Shown: positions 26,691 through 41,544 of the stretch, in pieces | Position numbering within the stretch: position 1 is the stretch's first letter | Layout of the letters: the number at the start of each line of letters is the position of its first letter | NCBI RefSeq assembly: GCF_009914755.1 | Contig: NC_060931.1 | Reading direction: 5' to 3' (one strand) | DNA: 64,000 nt | Source: the human T2T-CHM13v2.0 reference genome, Homo sapiens | Notes under the pieces: generated by a model | What the model was told of the DNA's origin: nothing | Seen by the model: the letters and a program-made list of their open reading frames with translations, nothing else | The model's database searches: none | Position numbers and translations under genes: made by a program

Positions 26691-27446
26691 CTCCTTTCCT
26701 ACCTTTCATCTCCACAAATTTGACAATTCCTTATCCTTGAACACTTATTCATTCATCTGTAAGTATTTGAAGACAGAATGCTTCATTGATCTTCCTTTTG
26801 CAGATTCAATTTCCTGCTTACATTCTGGCTCCAAAAGGAGCTTGCTCAAAGAATGACTGCTGGGCAAATTATATGATGATCTTAGTAATTTAGAAACATC
26901 ATGCCAATATTAGACTTCTTAATTCTATTTTTTTAATTGCAGATATCTAGAGAATTCTTCATTCTGGTCAAGAAATTTTCATGGTAATGGTTTTGATTTT
27001 TAAAGAGACTTAAATGTTTCTTTGAAAAAGGAGACCTAGAAAATTCTTCCACTATTATTAATTCTCAGAAAATAATTTAATTGAACCTCACTGAAGCTAA
27101 TTAAAAGGATAATTTCTCATTTTGCTTTGTGGTCCCATGGACTTAATTCAACTGAAGAGGTGTATTTTTTTTTTTTTTTTTTTTTTTTTGGAGGTAACTG
27201 TGCTAAGAATCAGCATCAGGGGAACAAGATGAGAAATGCCCTCATATTTCTATTCTTCTTATCTCATGACAAAAACATCTTGTACAAGTTTACTCTTTCC
27301 GAATAATTTCACCCTTTTCATGCATACTTAAATTATTTCCTTTTTTAATGCTAAGTAAGTTTCTTATGAATTTTTTAAAATTTTTGTTTTATATATAATA
27401 ATTATCTAATGTAATTCAGCAAACACTTGTTTATAAAGATTAACCA

Positions 27447-27636
27447 TTTTATTTTTGTTTTTAATTTTTATTTTTTTAGACACAAGTTCTCATTACGTTG
27501 CCTAGGCTGGAGTGCAGTGACTATTTACAGGGTTGATTATAGCTCACTGCAGCCTCAAATTCCTGGCCTGAAGTGATCCTCCTGTCTCAGCTTCCCCAAA
27601 TAGCTGGTACTATAGATACCCACGACTGCATCCGGC
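27447..27636 (-). mobile_element. FAM (fossil Alu monomer)
   Basis: Single monomer keeping the 7SL-derived CTATTTACAGG segment (consensus GGCTATTCACAGGCGCGATCATAG); T-rich tail. Confidence 0.8.
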
Positions 27637-27641
27637 TTTTA

Positions 27642-27847
27642 TTTATTTTTATTTAACACTTTGTACTCCTTATTACATGGCAGGCAGTACTCTAAATGTT
27701 TCATAAGAATTAATGCAGGTATGGACTATTATACACCGCCCCATTTTATAAATAAAGCTATTTAGACAAAGAAAACTTAAACAACAGTCAAACTCAGGTA
27801 TTTGTTACATAGATGCATATTCTCAATGTTGATTATAGGAGCCATGC
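27642..27847 (+). repeat. Donor copy of a 206-bp local direct duplication (MIR/L2-derived sequence)
   Basis: Matches 28320-28525 at 202/206 positions (offset 678). Confidence 0.97.
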
Positions 27848-28284
27848 TTGCTACTAGGGATACTAAGAGGAATGAAACACTATGCTCTAAAGAAACTTAG
27901 CTTATTACAACGTACTGTTTGGTAGATACAGATATATAAAAACAGCAGTGTTCATTATTATGAATATATGTAAAAAGTGCTATGGGAAGTAGAAAAAGGA
28001 TTTCAGAGGAAGGAGGAACACTGAAGTTGTGCCTTAAAAATAAGGAGAATTTCATCTAAGTAGAATGTTATTTAGGAAAACGTAGAAAAAAAAAGAGCAA
28101 ATACCAGCCAGTCTAAAAGTGCAAGATGTTTCCTGGAAATAGATTCATCTAGTGTGGCTGGGAGTTGAAAAGAAGTGATAATAAAAGTACATGAAGAGTT
28201 AGAGCAGGGCCAGATTAAAAATGACATTCAATGTGAGGGTCAAAGTTCTAAATTTATCCTGGTGGTGGAGGGGGTTATCTAAGG

Positions 28285-28868
<584 letters not shown>

Positions 28869-28884
28869 TAGAAATGTTAATCTA

Positions 28885-29150
28885 GGTCAGATGTTATGTT
28901 AATCTAGCTCACGCCTGTCATCCTAGCACTTTGGAAGGCTGAGGCAGATGGATCTCTTGAAGTTAGGAGTTCAAAACCAGCCTGGCCAACATGGCGAAAC
29001 CCTATCTCTACTAAAAATACATAAATTAGTGGGGGTGGTGGCGCACACCTGTGATCCCAGCTACACGGGAGGCTGAGGCAGGATAACTGGTTGAACTCGG
29101 GAGGTGGAGGTTTCAGTGAGCCAAGATAGTGCCACTGCACTCCAAAAAAA
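28885..29150 (+). mobile_element. AluS/J with 3' deletion and disrupted 5' end
   Basis: GCTCACGCCTGT...GCCACTGCACTCC then A7; TSD AGAAATGTTAATCTAG at 28870-28885 and 29150-29165. Confidence 0.9.
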
Positions 29151-29764
29151 GAAATGTTAATCTAGCCATGATGTGAAAAATGGATTTGAGTGAGAAAAGA
29201 CTGGGATGGGGCTACCAATTAAGGGCTGCTACAGCAGCTCCGGTGTAAAAGAAAATTAACTCCCTAAACAATGATAGTGCCAAAGGGAATAAAATGAAGG
29301 AAAACAAAAAAATATGAGAAGACTGACAAGTTTACCAGACAAGATAATGGGTGTGTTTTTGGAAACAATCAGTTTCAGAGGACAATGCCCACAATGTGGT
29401 TGCAAATACAGGTGCAAAAGAGACTGGAGCTTGAAATATAGATTTGGGATTCATTAGGAATTATGACATTGGGAGACATGGGTATAGATAAATGCACAGT
29501 GGGAGAATGGGGTGGGGATAAATGCAGAGTCAAAAGTCGGGTGAAAGAATGGAATCTATCAGAAGAGGGAGAAAAGAAAGACAGCCATGGGAAAGAAGCA
29601 TCCGAAATCCAGTGAAAGAAAATGTTTAAAGAAGGAATAAGTGGTTAACCATCTTACATGCAACAGAGAATAGTCGTAGGATGAGGACCATAAAATTTGG
29701 TAGTTAGAATTCCAATTAGCCTAAAATCTTTTTTGTTGTTGTGGCTTCAATTCTGTAGGCTGAA

Positions 29765-30126
29765 TGCAGTTTGCTGAATTGTGGCCCTGAAGGATGTCCA
29801 TGTCCTAATTCCTGGTACCTATGAATGCCACTTTATATGGCAAGGATTTTGCAGATGTGATCAAGTTAAGGATCTTAAGATGAAAGTAGCCGAGATTATC
29901 CAGGTGGGCCAAATAATGTTATCACAGTGTCCCTACAAGAGGGAAGCAGAGAGAGATACGGCTAAAGAAGACGTCAGTGTTAGGATTGAAGCTGTGCTAA
30001 GCTGCTGGCTTAGAAGGGGGTTCAGGAAGGGACCATGAGCTGATGAATGCAATGCATGCAGCTCTAGAAGCTGGAAAAAGAAAGAAATGACTTCACTCAG
30101 TGCCTCTGGAGGGACAGTTGACCCTG
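29765..30126 (+). mobile_element. MLT1D-like LTR, 3'-truncated
   Basis: GATGTCCATGTCCTAATTCCTGG, GATTTTGCAGATGTGATCAAGTTAAGGATCTT, CTCTAGAAGCTGGAAAA. Confidence 0.8.
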
Positions 30127-30507
30127 TTTCTCACATATACTGCTTTTCCTCACTGCAGCTTAAAGCCAACCAAAGTTGAGGGGCAATGGGAAATCTTAAT
30201 ATTAACCTGCATTGGGCTTTTTAATATCTAGGATATGAAATTACGTTAGTATGTAGGAGTGCCCAGTGTGCCTGAGATTTCACAAAAGAATAGCAGATGA
30301 GATAGCTAGCGGTGAAAAAGAACACACTGATTGCATCCAGATACTCCTGAATCCCGCTTATTCAATACGGTACTTATGCTACAAATAATGTAATTATGGC
30401 TCACCAAGAGTAGAAAATCTTCAAAAAGTTTAAAGACAAACAGAGGTGGATGGTGGAAAATGATTAAGTAAATGATATTCTCATTTACTTAATCTCAGGA
30501 TCAATAG

Positions 30508-30901
30508 TGACATAGTTTGGATATGTGTGGTGGCCCAAATCTCATGTTGAATTGTAATCCCCAATGTTGGAGGCAGGTAGTTGGATCACGAGGTTATATC
30601 TCTCTTGAATGGTTTAGCATCATCCCCTTGGTGCTGTTCTCATGAGATCTCATTGTTGAAAAGTGCATGGCACCTCCTGGCTCCCTCTCTCACTCTTGCT
30701 CTGGTCATGTAATGTGTCTGCTCCCCCTTTTGCCTTCTACCATGATTGTAAGTTTCCTGAGGCCTCCCCAGGAGCCAAGAAGAGGCCAACACCATGCTTG
30801 CTGTACAGCCTGCAGAAGTGTGAGCCAATTAAACCTGTTTTCTTTATAAATTACCCAGTCTCAGGTATTTCTTTATAGCAATGTGAGAATAGCCTAATAA
30901 A
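30508..30901 (+). mobile_element. MSTA/MSTB solo LTR
   Basis: TGACATAGTTTGGATATG...AAATTACCCAGTCTCAGGTATTTCTTTATAGCA; perfect AATAG TSD. Confidence 0.9.
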
Positions 30902-31011
30902 AATAGTTTAATAGAATGCCATTTGTAAAAAGTGGATAATTAGATATAATTCTTTAAAAAGCTACATATGAGATGACTGTTAAGTAAAATGCAAAATATA
31001 AGACCATACAT

Positions 31012-31838
31012 AGCAGGAATCACAAATTCAAATGTCCACCAGAGGTTTCAGATTAAAAACAGAGTCTGATAGCCTTGGTAGACTAGAGAAGACATAACCT
31101 CTGAAGAGAATGGCTTTAACCAGTCATTGACAGGAGGAGTTGGTGACACTCAGCCCTCACTAGATTTTGCAGTTCTCAACAGAAGGAAAAACAAATAATT
31201 CTGAATCTGTATGTGAAATCTTCTAAGTTTGATAAATTATAGGCAACTGTATTAGTTTGCTATTGCTGCTATAAAAAAAATCCACACATTTAACAACTGA
31301 TAACAACACAAATGTATTCTCTTAACAGTTCTAGAGGTCAGAAGTCTAAAATGGGTATGCAGGATTACTCCTTCCAGAGGATCCAGGGAAGAACCCATTT
31401 GCTTGTCCTTGCCATATTCCAAAGGCTACCTACATCCTTTGGATCATGGCTCCCTTCTTGTATATTCAAAGCCAGCAGGGTAACTTCTTCAAAGTTTTCT
31501 CCATCCCTCTGCCTCTGTTTTCACATCTCTTTCTGTCTGACTCTGACTCCTCCAGCATCTCATCTCTCATAAAGACTGTTCTGATTACATCAGACCCACC
31601 GTGATAATCCAGGATGATCTTCCCATCTCAAAATCCTTAATCATATCTGCAAAATCCCTATTGCCATATAAGGCAACATTTGCAGGTGTTGGCAATTAGG
31701 ATATAGACATATTTGGGGGCCATATATCATCACAACAACCAATTCCCAAATTGCAGTATGTTAGTCAACATGAAAAAGCTAATTAAATATGTCAATGAGG
31801 CAAACTCTTCTTGCAGGCTGACAGTTTGCCATTTTTGG
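31012..31838. mobile_element. MER103C-like hAT element split by an MLT1D insertion
   Basis: CACAAATTCAAATG 5' motif, TATGTGAAATCTTC, and GCAGGCTGACAGTTTGCC 3' motif. Confidence 0.5.
31248..31734 (-). mobile_element. MLT1C/D solo LTR
   Basis: TGTATTAGTTTGCTATTGCTGCT, CAGTTCTAGAGGTCAGAAGTC, GATAATCCAGGATGATCTTCCCATCTCAAAATCCTTAA; TSD GCAAC/ACAAC. Confidence 0.85.
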
Positions 31839-31976
31839 AACTTTTCCTTGGGTTCTTTACCTTTTTTACTCCTCTCACTTCTTGCAGCACATCTTATATA
31901 ATAAAGGGTTTCACACTTGGGAATAGCATGTGCTGTGAAGTGAAAAATGTGATAGTGAAGTTTAATATAATTCTAT

Positions 31977-32443
<467 letters not shown>

Positions 32444-35400
32444 TTAAAAAATGCACTTTTATTTTTATTTCAGTTAAGGACTTTTAAAATGCATTTTAAT
32501 TAAGTATATTTTGAATTGTTTGCATATGATTTTCTAAGTCATTTGTCTACAATATAATTTGTAGTTCTTACCTAACATAGATATCAGTCAAAATAGATGT
32601 TAATGATTTTAAGTTGTAGAAATATTATGATTTATCAAAGTCTATCACATTGGCAAATCCAAAATATTTATAAAAGCAACATAACAACATATAGCACATT
32701 TTATCTCAATCATCCTATTAATGTTTTGTCGGGTCTTTTTGGTATTGCAGAAAATAATAAAAACATTTCTGACAACAAAATCATCATCCAGGGCAAGGCT
32801 GATGGTCCTAAAAATAATGCATGTGTAACTTGTGTCTTAGAAGCAAGTTTTTTCTGAAACAAAAGAAAAACCTTTTGTTCTCTAGTTAATTACTTCATTA
32901 TGTTGTAGGTCCAGAATTCTTTCTGAAGAAACCAACCCATTTTAAGGGAAATCACAAAATATTACAGATTATACCATTCAAAACCATTCAAAAATATGGA
33001 AGATGTTGACGTTACATAATAAAGCATCTGTGTTAATGTGAAAGAATTTAAGCTTAGGCAACCAGTGCTTCAGTAATGTTTTGATTTCTGTCCACATAAA
33101 AATCCTCTTTTGTTTGTAAATAAAGAAGGGGAAATATTTCACTGTGGCATGTTCATCTATTACCTGAAAAATCAGTGGGGTCCTGCAGTTAATCACAGCA
33201 TTTTCTAATGGGATTTAAAGTTAGAGCTGTCCTCAGTTTTCTTGTGTGCAGATATAAAACATTTGCTCACCAAAACCAGCTCATTTTCTTAGCTTTGTAT
33301 TTTGCTTCTAGTGTGGGCTAGCTCAGCACTCAAAGATACAGATTTCCTACTATTTTGTATTTCCAGAAATGCCTGTCTTCCATACGGGTGTACAACTTTT
33401 AACAGTAATAATTTGAGATGGAAGGGGATTCAAAAGCAAAATCTGCTTTTGAGTCTGCTTGCAAGATACTCAGGGAAATATAATCTCCATTTATTAAATT
33501 TGACTGCACTATCATACATAAAGTGGTGGGAGGGAAAAATCTCTTGAAGCTAACTTGATAGCTGAGACTACTCCAGCTTTCTCCTTTGTAATGCCTGTGG
33601 TTGTCTCTTCTGAGAAGTGTGATTCAAAGCCATTTTGAGTACCTCACATTCCTTAGCAGAACCTTCTGTGCAAGGCCAGCTACTTCAGAACTAGGTGACT
33701 TGCTGCAAAAGAATTAAAAAAAAAATACTAGGATCCTCCTGAGATGACAATTTCGGGAACTACTCTTATGCAGCAGGGAAATTCAGGGCCACACACTTAA
33801 GAAAATGAACTATTCCTTGAAACCTGGCCATTTAGCTCTTGAGAAGAGGTTACACATTTTCATCTACTCTTAGCATGGCCAATGATGTTGTGAATGCTCT
33901 GAAACTATGCTTTTGTTTTGGAGAATTCTCTCAAAGAAAGCTCCTTTTTTTTCTTCCTAAACACACGTGCAGACACACAACTTACACACATAGTTTTTGT
34001 AAATGGCAGCAACACTTCTTATATATTCCCAGAGTGGAAGGAGTACTATTAAACAAAAGTGTCCCTATGTTGAATATACCTGGAACTTTTGAGTAGGGAT
34101 CATAACTTCTAATCGAGAAGGAAAATAGGACAGTAAACATGTTAAAGGTGCACATACACTGTTGTTATGTAATTGCTGGTTAAAACATGTGATGCTGCAT
34201 GAAGATAACTATCCTTAGGAAACTTCTGAAAATATATTAAACTACAAGGGGATTTGATTTAATCAATCACTGGAAATGAAATATGAAAAGATTTTAACTT
34301 TTTGCCTATCATATTTAATTCTAATCCAACCCTAAAAAGGAAGCACCCTCTGCTGGATTATGTAAGATATAACTGTGACCCAAAAGTAAAAAAGAGTGAG
34401 TCTAGCTATAATCAGAGAAAGGGATTACTACTGTATATTCACATGTATCAGGGTATTCACTGCCTGACCTAGATCCAAGACAGCCTTTTTGGAGATTTAA
34501 AAAATATTGCATTTATTTTTGATATTTTAGTATGAAGATTTAATATTGGTGACTAGAATGTGTTTGAAGACCTAAAAAGTCTAGAGAAGCTCATCTTAGC
34601 CCAGGTTACTTAAAACAATACGTGAAGTATACATTCTAATATATAGTCCAGTGATTAAATATGTCAAACTCAAATTACTCAATGGTTAGAGATTTTAAAA
34701 GTTTCAAGCTAATCTTGCAATTTTTCTGAATGTGGTAGTAAAATGCTAAGTATTTTTCTGTTTTTTTTCCTTAAAAATATTAAGTGAATATACTACCAAT
34801 TTATATTAGAAAATAATATCCATTTACTTAAATTACTAAGCAAATATTCCATTTTTTTCTCTGTAATATCACTCATTAAGGTATTCCATTTGATATTTTT
34901 CCAGTTTACTTGCTTGTTAATTAGCATTTACTAGCAGTCGATGATATCTGGAAGTGTATGGCACCTTAAATCTTGTTGAATGAGTGAATAACTCAAAGAC
35001 TCATAAACACAGACATATATCTCCAAAACTTATACTCAAGCTAAAGTTCTGGAAACAAGCAAAACCTGTTCTATGTCTTTGCAGATTCTAATTTAAGCAG
35101 AATTTGTTGTTGTCTGGTTGAGTCAGATCATCCTTAGCATAACACAGAGAAGCTACTCTGTGCTGATTATTATCAATTTATTGAAGATTTTAAATGCTAT
35201 AATCTAGAATTTTTTCTGTAGTTAGAATGATTAGGATTCTTGAAAAAAAAAAGACTTCTAGCTTGATAAGCTTGTTATAGTACTTTTGAAGCATATCCTT
35301 CAGTTTCTGTCATTTTTTTCTTTGTAAAAAAATGAAATAATCATTCATCTTTACAATACAGGTTACAATTCCTTATGCATTTATGAAAAAAGTAGGCACA

Positions 35401-35789
35401 ACAATATTTAAGTCAACCTTTGGCTGATTCAAAGTGGGTAGCAGAATAAAATTAGAATACAGGTCTCCCTCATTATTTATCTAGGAATCTATTGTAGAAG
35501 ACTTGAAGTTATTTGAAGTAAGGACTATGTGTGACTTTTTGTCACTGATAGAAAGAAAGGATCCTAGGAAAGTAGCTAGAATATTATAAGCACTAAACAA
35601 TCATTTGTATCAAATCTAGAATCTAAAGTTAATTCGCCTATCTGAAGCATAGGACAATTTTGTTCTTTTTTATAATTGTTACCAGCATACTGAGATTATT
35701 CTGGGACCTTGCTCTCCATTGAGATCTCTTTCTCTCTCTTTCTCTCTCTCTGTTACAAGGTGAAATACATACATCTGCATGCTCATGAC

Positions 35790-37930
35790 ACATTAGTGGG
35801 CTGGACAACAGAATCAGTGCAGTAATGGAGACCAATGGGCTGGAATTCCAGTTCTACCCATGCTTATTATCAAACCTATTACTCTTCTGAGCTTCACTTC
35901 ATTCATCTGTAAAACTGGGTTAGTATATTATTTAGGGCCACTGTGAGCATCAGAAATAATGCACACAGAGTGCTTGAAAACTTAGGAAGTGCTCAATTAA
36001 GATTAACTTATTATCATTACTTATCCAGCATCATTTCTTCCACTGCCTGGTGATTCCTCTAAGTTCCCCCATACTAGTTCACAGCTCTAAGCCAATAAGC
36101 ATATTTCTTTCTCTTTGTTTATCCTACTACTCTCCATAAATCTGGAAACCTCCTAGTTATCCTTCAATATCCCATTGAAGAATATACCTTGCAATGCTTT
36201 TTCTGGCTCTTGCAAGCAGAGTTATTGCTGCTTCCTTTCTGCCAATATAATTCCTCATGATTTTATTGTAGTTTTTTTCATAGTGTATTGCAGTTACTTT
36301 ACCTGATGTCTATTATGTAGTAGGTACTAATAATGTACCTATTTTGAATTTTGAATAAATAAAAGAAACAGAACTCTGGTTAATAAATATTGATTACATA
36401 TTATTATGTACCACACGTTATCAATACTAAAGTGCAGAAAAGAATACAAAGAAGAGTAAGAAAAGATCTCAATGGGAAACCCAAAAATGAAAACATGAAA
36501 GAAAAGAATGAGCAGTGAGCAATACAAAGGAGTATAGTATACAATAAATTCCACCAGAGTAATACAGACAGTAAGAACTATACAAGACAGCTGGAGTATA
36601 AAGAAAGGGCTGCATTAACAAGATATTGTTGAGGTGGAACTGCGAAGACATGTTAAGTTTTAGATGTGAGTGTGTGAGGATGACAGCACTGGTAACTGGA
36701 ACAATAGAAAAATATTCAATATAGAAAACATTAATGATAAAAACTAACAAAACCTGTTCTAAACAGCCTACAAAAACTAAATCCTTTAATCTTTACAACA
36801 GCCCTGTGAGGTGGATTCTAGTATCACAATTTTGCATATGCAGAAATGGATTTCCCAGAAGGTCATGCAATTTGCTTCCAAGGACACTCAACTAGTGGCA
36901 GATTCAGGATTTAAGTGGAGGTGGTCCACCCCCAGAGGCTAAACCCTAACCACTATGCTACATTACCATATATGTAAGTCTATCATGAGTTTGAGAGGTA
37001 TTTGTATTGAATAGGATGACACTGATAGAAAGAATTATTCTTAGAATGCAGTGATTGGACAGCTGACTGTCTCCATATGTGTCTGTCCCTCTGTTAACAT
37101 CAGTAAAATGCCTTATTCAGCCAACTTGGAGACTGAATGAGGCACTTGAAGGAGAATGCTCTGGGCCTGGCAAGCTGGTGCCACAAAAGACACGATGCTC
37201 TTCTCTACACACTTGGAAAAAAGGGGACCCACTACTGCCCGTAAGACAACTGGATGGCATATGGCTCAAGCTGCATTGAAGAGAGTTTCCTCTTTCAAGG
37301 GTTGTGTCTCATGTTCACCAGCAAGCTTTCAATTTGGTAACAATATAAAGGAAGGCTTCAATATGCTGGCCTGCAAAGTGCTCCCTGACCTGAGCCCAGA
37401 AGCACCCTGAGATGTTTATAAGCCTCAAACTCTACTAGATTTGTACTTGAAGGGTTGGGATTTATAAGTGATATCCAAATGCCATTTGTGAAACAAATAA
37501 GGAAAGAAAATATGAATTGTACATAGCTTAACCTAGTATTAGTTTAGCTTTTGAATTTTTAGACATAATATGCAATGTTTGCCATTTAATTATTAGAGCT
37601 CATATGTAACTATTCAAGCTAAGTTACAGAGCTGGACATGACCTTTTATAGACATAGGACAGCATTTTTAGAATTAAAAAATTATTATTCTTTTTAACTT
37701 AGAAGCTTAGTGTATTACAGTGCAAAGGACAGGAGAGGAGTGACCAGGAAATTCTAGCTTCTGGAGTGTAGCCTTGGCTGTGCCACTAATTAGCTAGGTT
37801 ACTTTTGACAAGTTACCAGCCCAGAACTGTGGATTATTACAGCTTGGAGTTGCATGAGATGTCTCCTTTTCACCTTTCTCATCCAACCAACCGAGAAACT
37901 GAGGCCTGGAAAGTTTAAAAAACTTGACAA
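35790..37930. mobile_element. Cluster of degraded MIR and L2 fragments in both orientations
   Basis: CTCTTCTGAGCTTCACTTCATTCATCTGTAAAA (MIR), CTTTACAACAGCCCTGTGAGGT (MIR), GAGAAACTGAGGCCTGGAAAG (MIR), L2-like tracts at 36020-36720. Boundaries approximate. Confidence 0.55.
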
Positions 37931-38684
37931 AGAGGTTATGTTTTTGGCCCATAAAGTTCCCATGACATTTTTTTTGTATAAATGAGTAATAAATAAATAA
38001 TTTGTAAAACTCTTAGTTTCAAAATTCTATGATCCTATGAGGCTTTAAGTTTTTAAAAAGAATTTTCTTATCTGTATTAGAAATATAAGAATGTGGGTTT
38101 TCATGAAAACTCACATTTTCATATGACGGTATAGATGTATTTAATAATTTCTAAAAATTGACAGTCTGCCTTAAGTGATTAGGCAGATAGTCTCTAATTC
38201 ATCTTGCCTGAGGTAATTCCCACTGACTTCAAGCCTTAAATGAGGTATGGAGGAAAATGAGAAATGAGCCCATAGAGTTATAATATTAAAGAATCACAGA
38301 GATTGTAACCATAGAGGATTTTGACTAACTCACATTAATTATCCAATTTGTGAAAGAAATAAAAGAATTATGGAGAGCTAAATTCCTGAAAAATGAGTAC
38401 TTCCAGGATTCTTTAATGAAGTCATATCTTTCTATTTACAATATTTCCTTAAAGTTACATCATTTCTGAGGGTGTTTTGTGTGTGCATGATTGTTGATCT
38501 ATGTTCTGTAGCTTCCACACTCCCAAAGGATGCTTATTCCTTGAAGGAGAGTTTTATTGCCAGTGGAAACTGTACAATATTAATGTGGAAACTTAATTTC
38601 TAGGGCAAACTAAACAAAACAAAAGCAAGAAACTAAAGAAAGGCTCTCCACATGCTGGGGTAGCGAGAAATGCCCACTCCCCTG

Positions 38685-38693
38685 ACACACACA

Positions 38694-38723
<30 letters not shown>
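38685..38723. repeat. (CA)n microsatellite
   Basis: CA run with one GA interruption. Confidence 0.93.
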
Positions 38724-38726
<3 letters not shown>

Positions 38727-40519
38727 ATGCACAGCAGGAAGTATGAAGGATAAGAGAGATGTGAACAGGATTTATTGTTGCCTCATGTTCTGTAGGCACT
38801 GTGAAAAACACTTTATAAACTGTGAGCTCTCACAAGTTTTAACAAATTTGGATGGTGATCCAGTGCATCTGATCTAAGAACTGATTTAAGGAACTCTTCA
38901 CTACTGGACACCTATTTGCCTTTTTGGCGCTTTCTGAAATTTAGTTAGAAATCCAGATAAACTGATGTCACTGCTTCTATAACTATAAATATTTTAGTTT
39001 TAATTCAGTGAAACGATGTTGGAAGCTCTCCCCACCCTGTCCTGTCTTCCTAATTTAAAAGCATTATTAATCCATGCAAACATTTTGATTATTGTTTTCC
39101 TTGTATTCTATGCTTTTTCTTTTCTAAGAATGTTTTATGCTTTTCCAAAGAAAAATTTGTAATTCCTGCAATACTAGGGGACTGATTAATCATTTTAATC
39201 CAAGTCACAAGTTATCATATAGCTTTTATGAAATTTTTAATTAGCCAAACCAAAAAAAAAAAGTTTGAGAAATTTAGAATACAGATCCTAATTCACTTGT
39301 TTTCAAATTCTTGTCCAATTGATAATGAATTATTTCAGAGGTTGTAAAATCTAAGTTCTTTTTAAAGAATTTTTGCATGGGTTTATAAAAACTGAAAAAT
39401 AAAATGAATGCTGGTAGTGATTAAAACATACCAGAAAATAATTTTTGATAAATGAAAATCATTAAATATATATAAAATATATTAATTTATATCCCAAGGA
39501 AACTGTGCTATAGTATATGAGGGATGAAGACAGAGAAAGAGCCTGGGCCAAAAAAACTTGAAATTAACTTAGGTGGTAGACAATTATTTTTTATAGGACT
39601 TGAATAGGAGAGATCAATTTTTGACCTTCCAGTGTCATAAGTATATGTGAAGTTGGGCAAACTCAACTCCAGAATAAGCTAATTTCAATATTTGGGATGT
39701 CTGATCTGTGGTAAGTCAAGTTAGTTTATCTGCAAAAAATAATTCTAAAAGTTGTCAAGTTTTAATTTCCAGGTGAGAATGTGGATCATGAATCAGAGCA
39801 TTATAGATGATCACAGGAGATCTTGAAAGAAGGTCAAGTCAATGGAAAGGATGGCAAGAGCCACAGGGATGATCTCTCATGCAGAGAGGGAGTCATAAGG
39901 AAAAAATGGTCACCCAGGAAGGAGGGGCTATGAAAAATACTTGTCACACCTGGTGGCCACACATTAGACAAACTGTAATCTAGTAGTTTTACAAACTCTT
40001 GAAGGATAAGGGGACTGGTTAAGGAAGCAGCGTATTCTTTTCAGACCTTTCTTTGCATAGCATTCCAAAAGTCAATCACATGTTGCTTTCAAGGGGCCAG
40101 GGGCTGCCTGAGATACACAGAAAAGGTTAAAATTTATTACCTCTGTCAGTGTCAATTAGAAATAGGATAGGCCTAGGCAGGCTTACTATAGCATTGACAT
40201 CTCCAGGTTTTCAGAGAGGAGAAACAATGTTAAGTAGATAACTCGATCATTGTTTCTGGCTCTCATAGGCTGGACTTGTCCTGAGTTCATCCTAACCAGC
40301 ATTGGTATCTTACAAAGTCCAAGAAGAACAATGCGGTTGTCCTATCTTTGATACTTTCCAGTGCATTATTTTTTCTAAACCTTTTTTGGATGTATCTCCA
40401 TTTTACATCTATAAGAATTGGAGAGCTTTAAGTGACAGCAGCGGGTTCACATCTTATCTTGAAAATAATCCCTCAGTACCTTGATGCATTTCTATTATGA
40501 CAGCAAAATAGATTTGAAC

Positions 40520-40725
40520 AGGCATAAAATCTGGAGTCAGGAAAACCTGAGTTCAAGTTCAAATTTATTGTCTACCCATTATTTTGCTCTGTAAGCCTCA
40601 GTTCCCACAAAACTAAAATGGAGATAATTATACTTACTTTGCTGGGCTATTGTAAAAATAAACACAAATGCAGATAAAGCATCTGGCCCATGGTGGGTGT
40701 TCAATAAAAAGAAGCTATTATTAAC
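40520..40725 (+). mobile_element. MIR
   Basis: CTGGAGTCAG...CCTGAGTTCAA...AAGCCTCAGTT...TAAAATGGAGATAAT. Confidence 0.7.
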
Positions 40726-41544
40726 TACATCCTGTTTCTTTAGGAAGAGTATTATTTGGTTTAGTACTGCACTTTTACTTGGGCAAGAATTATAATTATC
40801 AGCTTCTAAGATTAACCAGTACTTATATCTACATTTTTCCCAAAAGGAAGGAAAATCTGTGGCTCCTAAAGTGTGCTATATTTGAGACAAGTTTCCTGCA
40901 CTGGCAATGGCAGAGCTTTTGTGAGCCACTTCAGATTATGATATTCCATGGTAATTCGTCCCCTGTTTTCCAGTGGGTGATGATGTCACTCCTGTGTGAT
41001 CCAGCCAGGCTGGAATAAGCCTTCCAAAACTACCTTGAACATTGGTCATGTTTGCTCATATTTGAGAGGAGATACTTCTGTGACATTACTTTGCTAATTT
41101 TCTTCTCTGCCACATATTTCCACTTGAAAAGAGAGGGCAGCCCTTCCCATGAGTTGTATCTACTTAGAGCCAACTGGGTAAAGCATTTATGAATACATTT
41201 TGGTTACATTGGCTACATCTTTTAAATGGGCTTCGAAAACTAATCTTAGGATAGCTGGGCATTTTCCTTTGACCAGGAGAGATTGCAGAGTTCTTTTCTC
41301 ACCTCCTCTCTCTTAGAGGTTTATGACGTGAAACAAAATACTAAGTTGCTATTGTCAGCAGAATAAGAGCAGTTCAAAATATCAGAAAATGTACTGATAC
41401 ACAGTTATCAGTCCCCAAACCCCACCCAATCAACAGATCTGGTGGATCTGTTTAATTTTCACCTCTCTAGTATCTACAGCCTATTTATTTAGACCTTCAT
41501 GAGGGATTCAGAACAGATTCAAATTGCCTATGGAAAATGCTCTA

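Noticed and set aside
33011-34366. PAR-bZIP/D-box motifs GTTACATAAT (33011), GTTATGTAAT (34164), ATTATGTAAG (34357)
   Set aside because: By a rough base-composition estimate, about two perfect matches are expected by chance in 64 kb of AT-rich DNA.
39943-39959. CTCF-like TGGCCACCAGGTGTGAC on the minus strand
   Set aside because: Lacks the conserved GGC 3' core; too weak without ChIP data.
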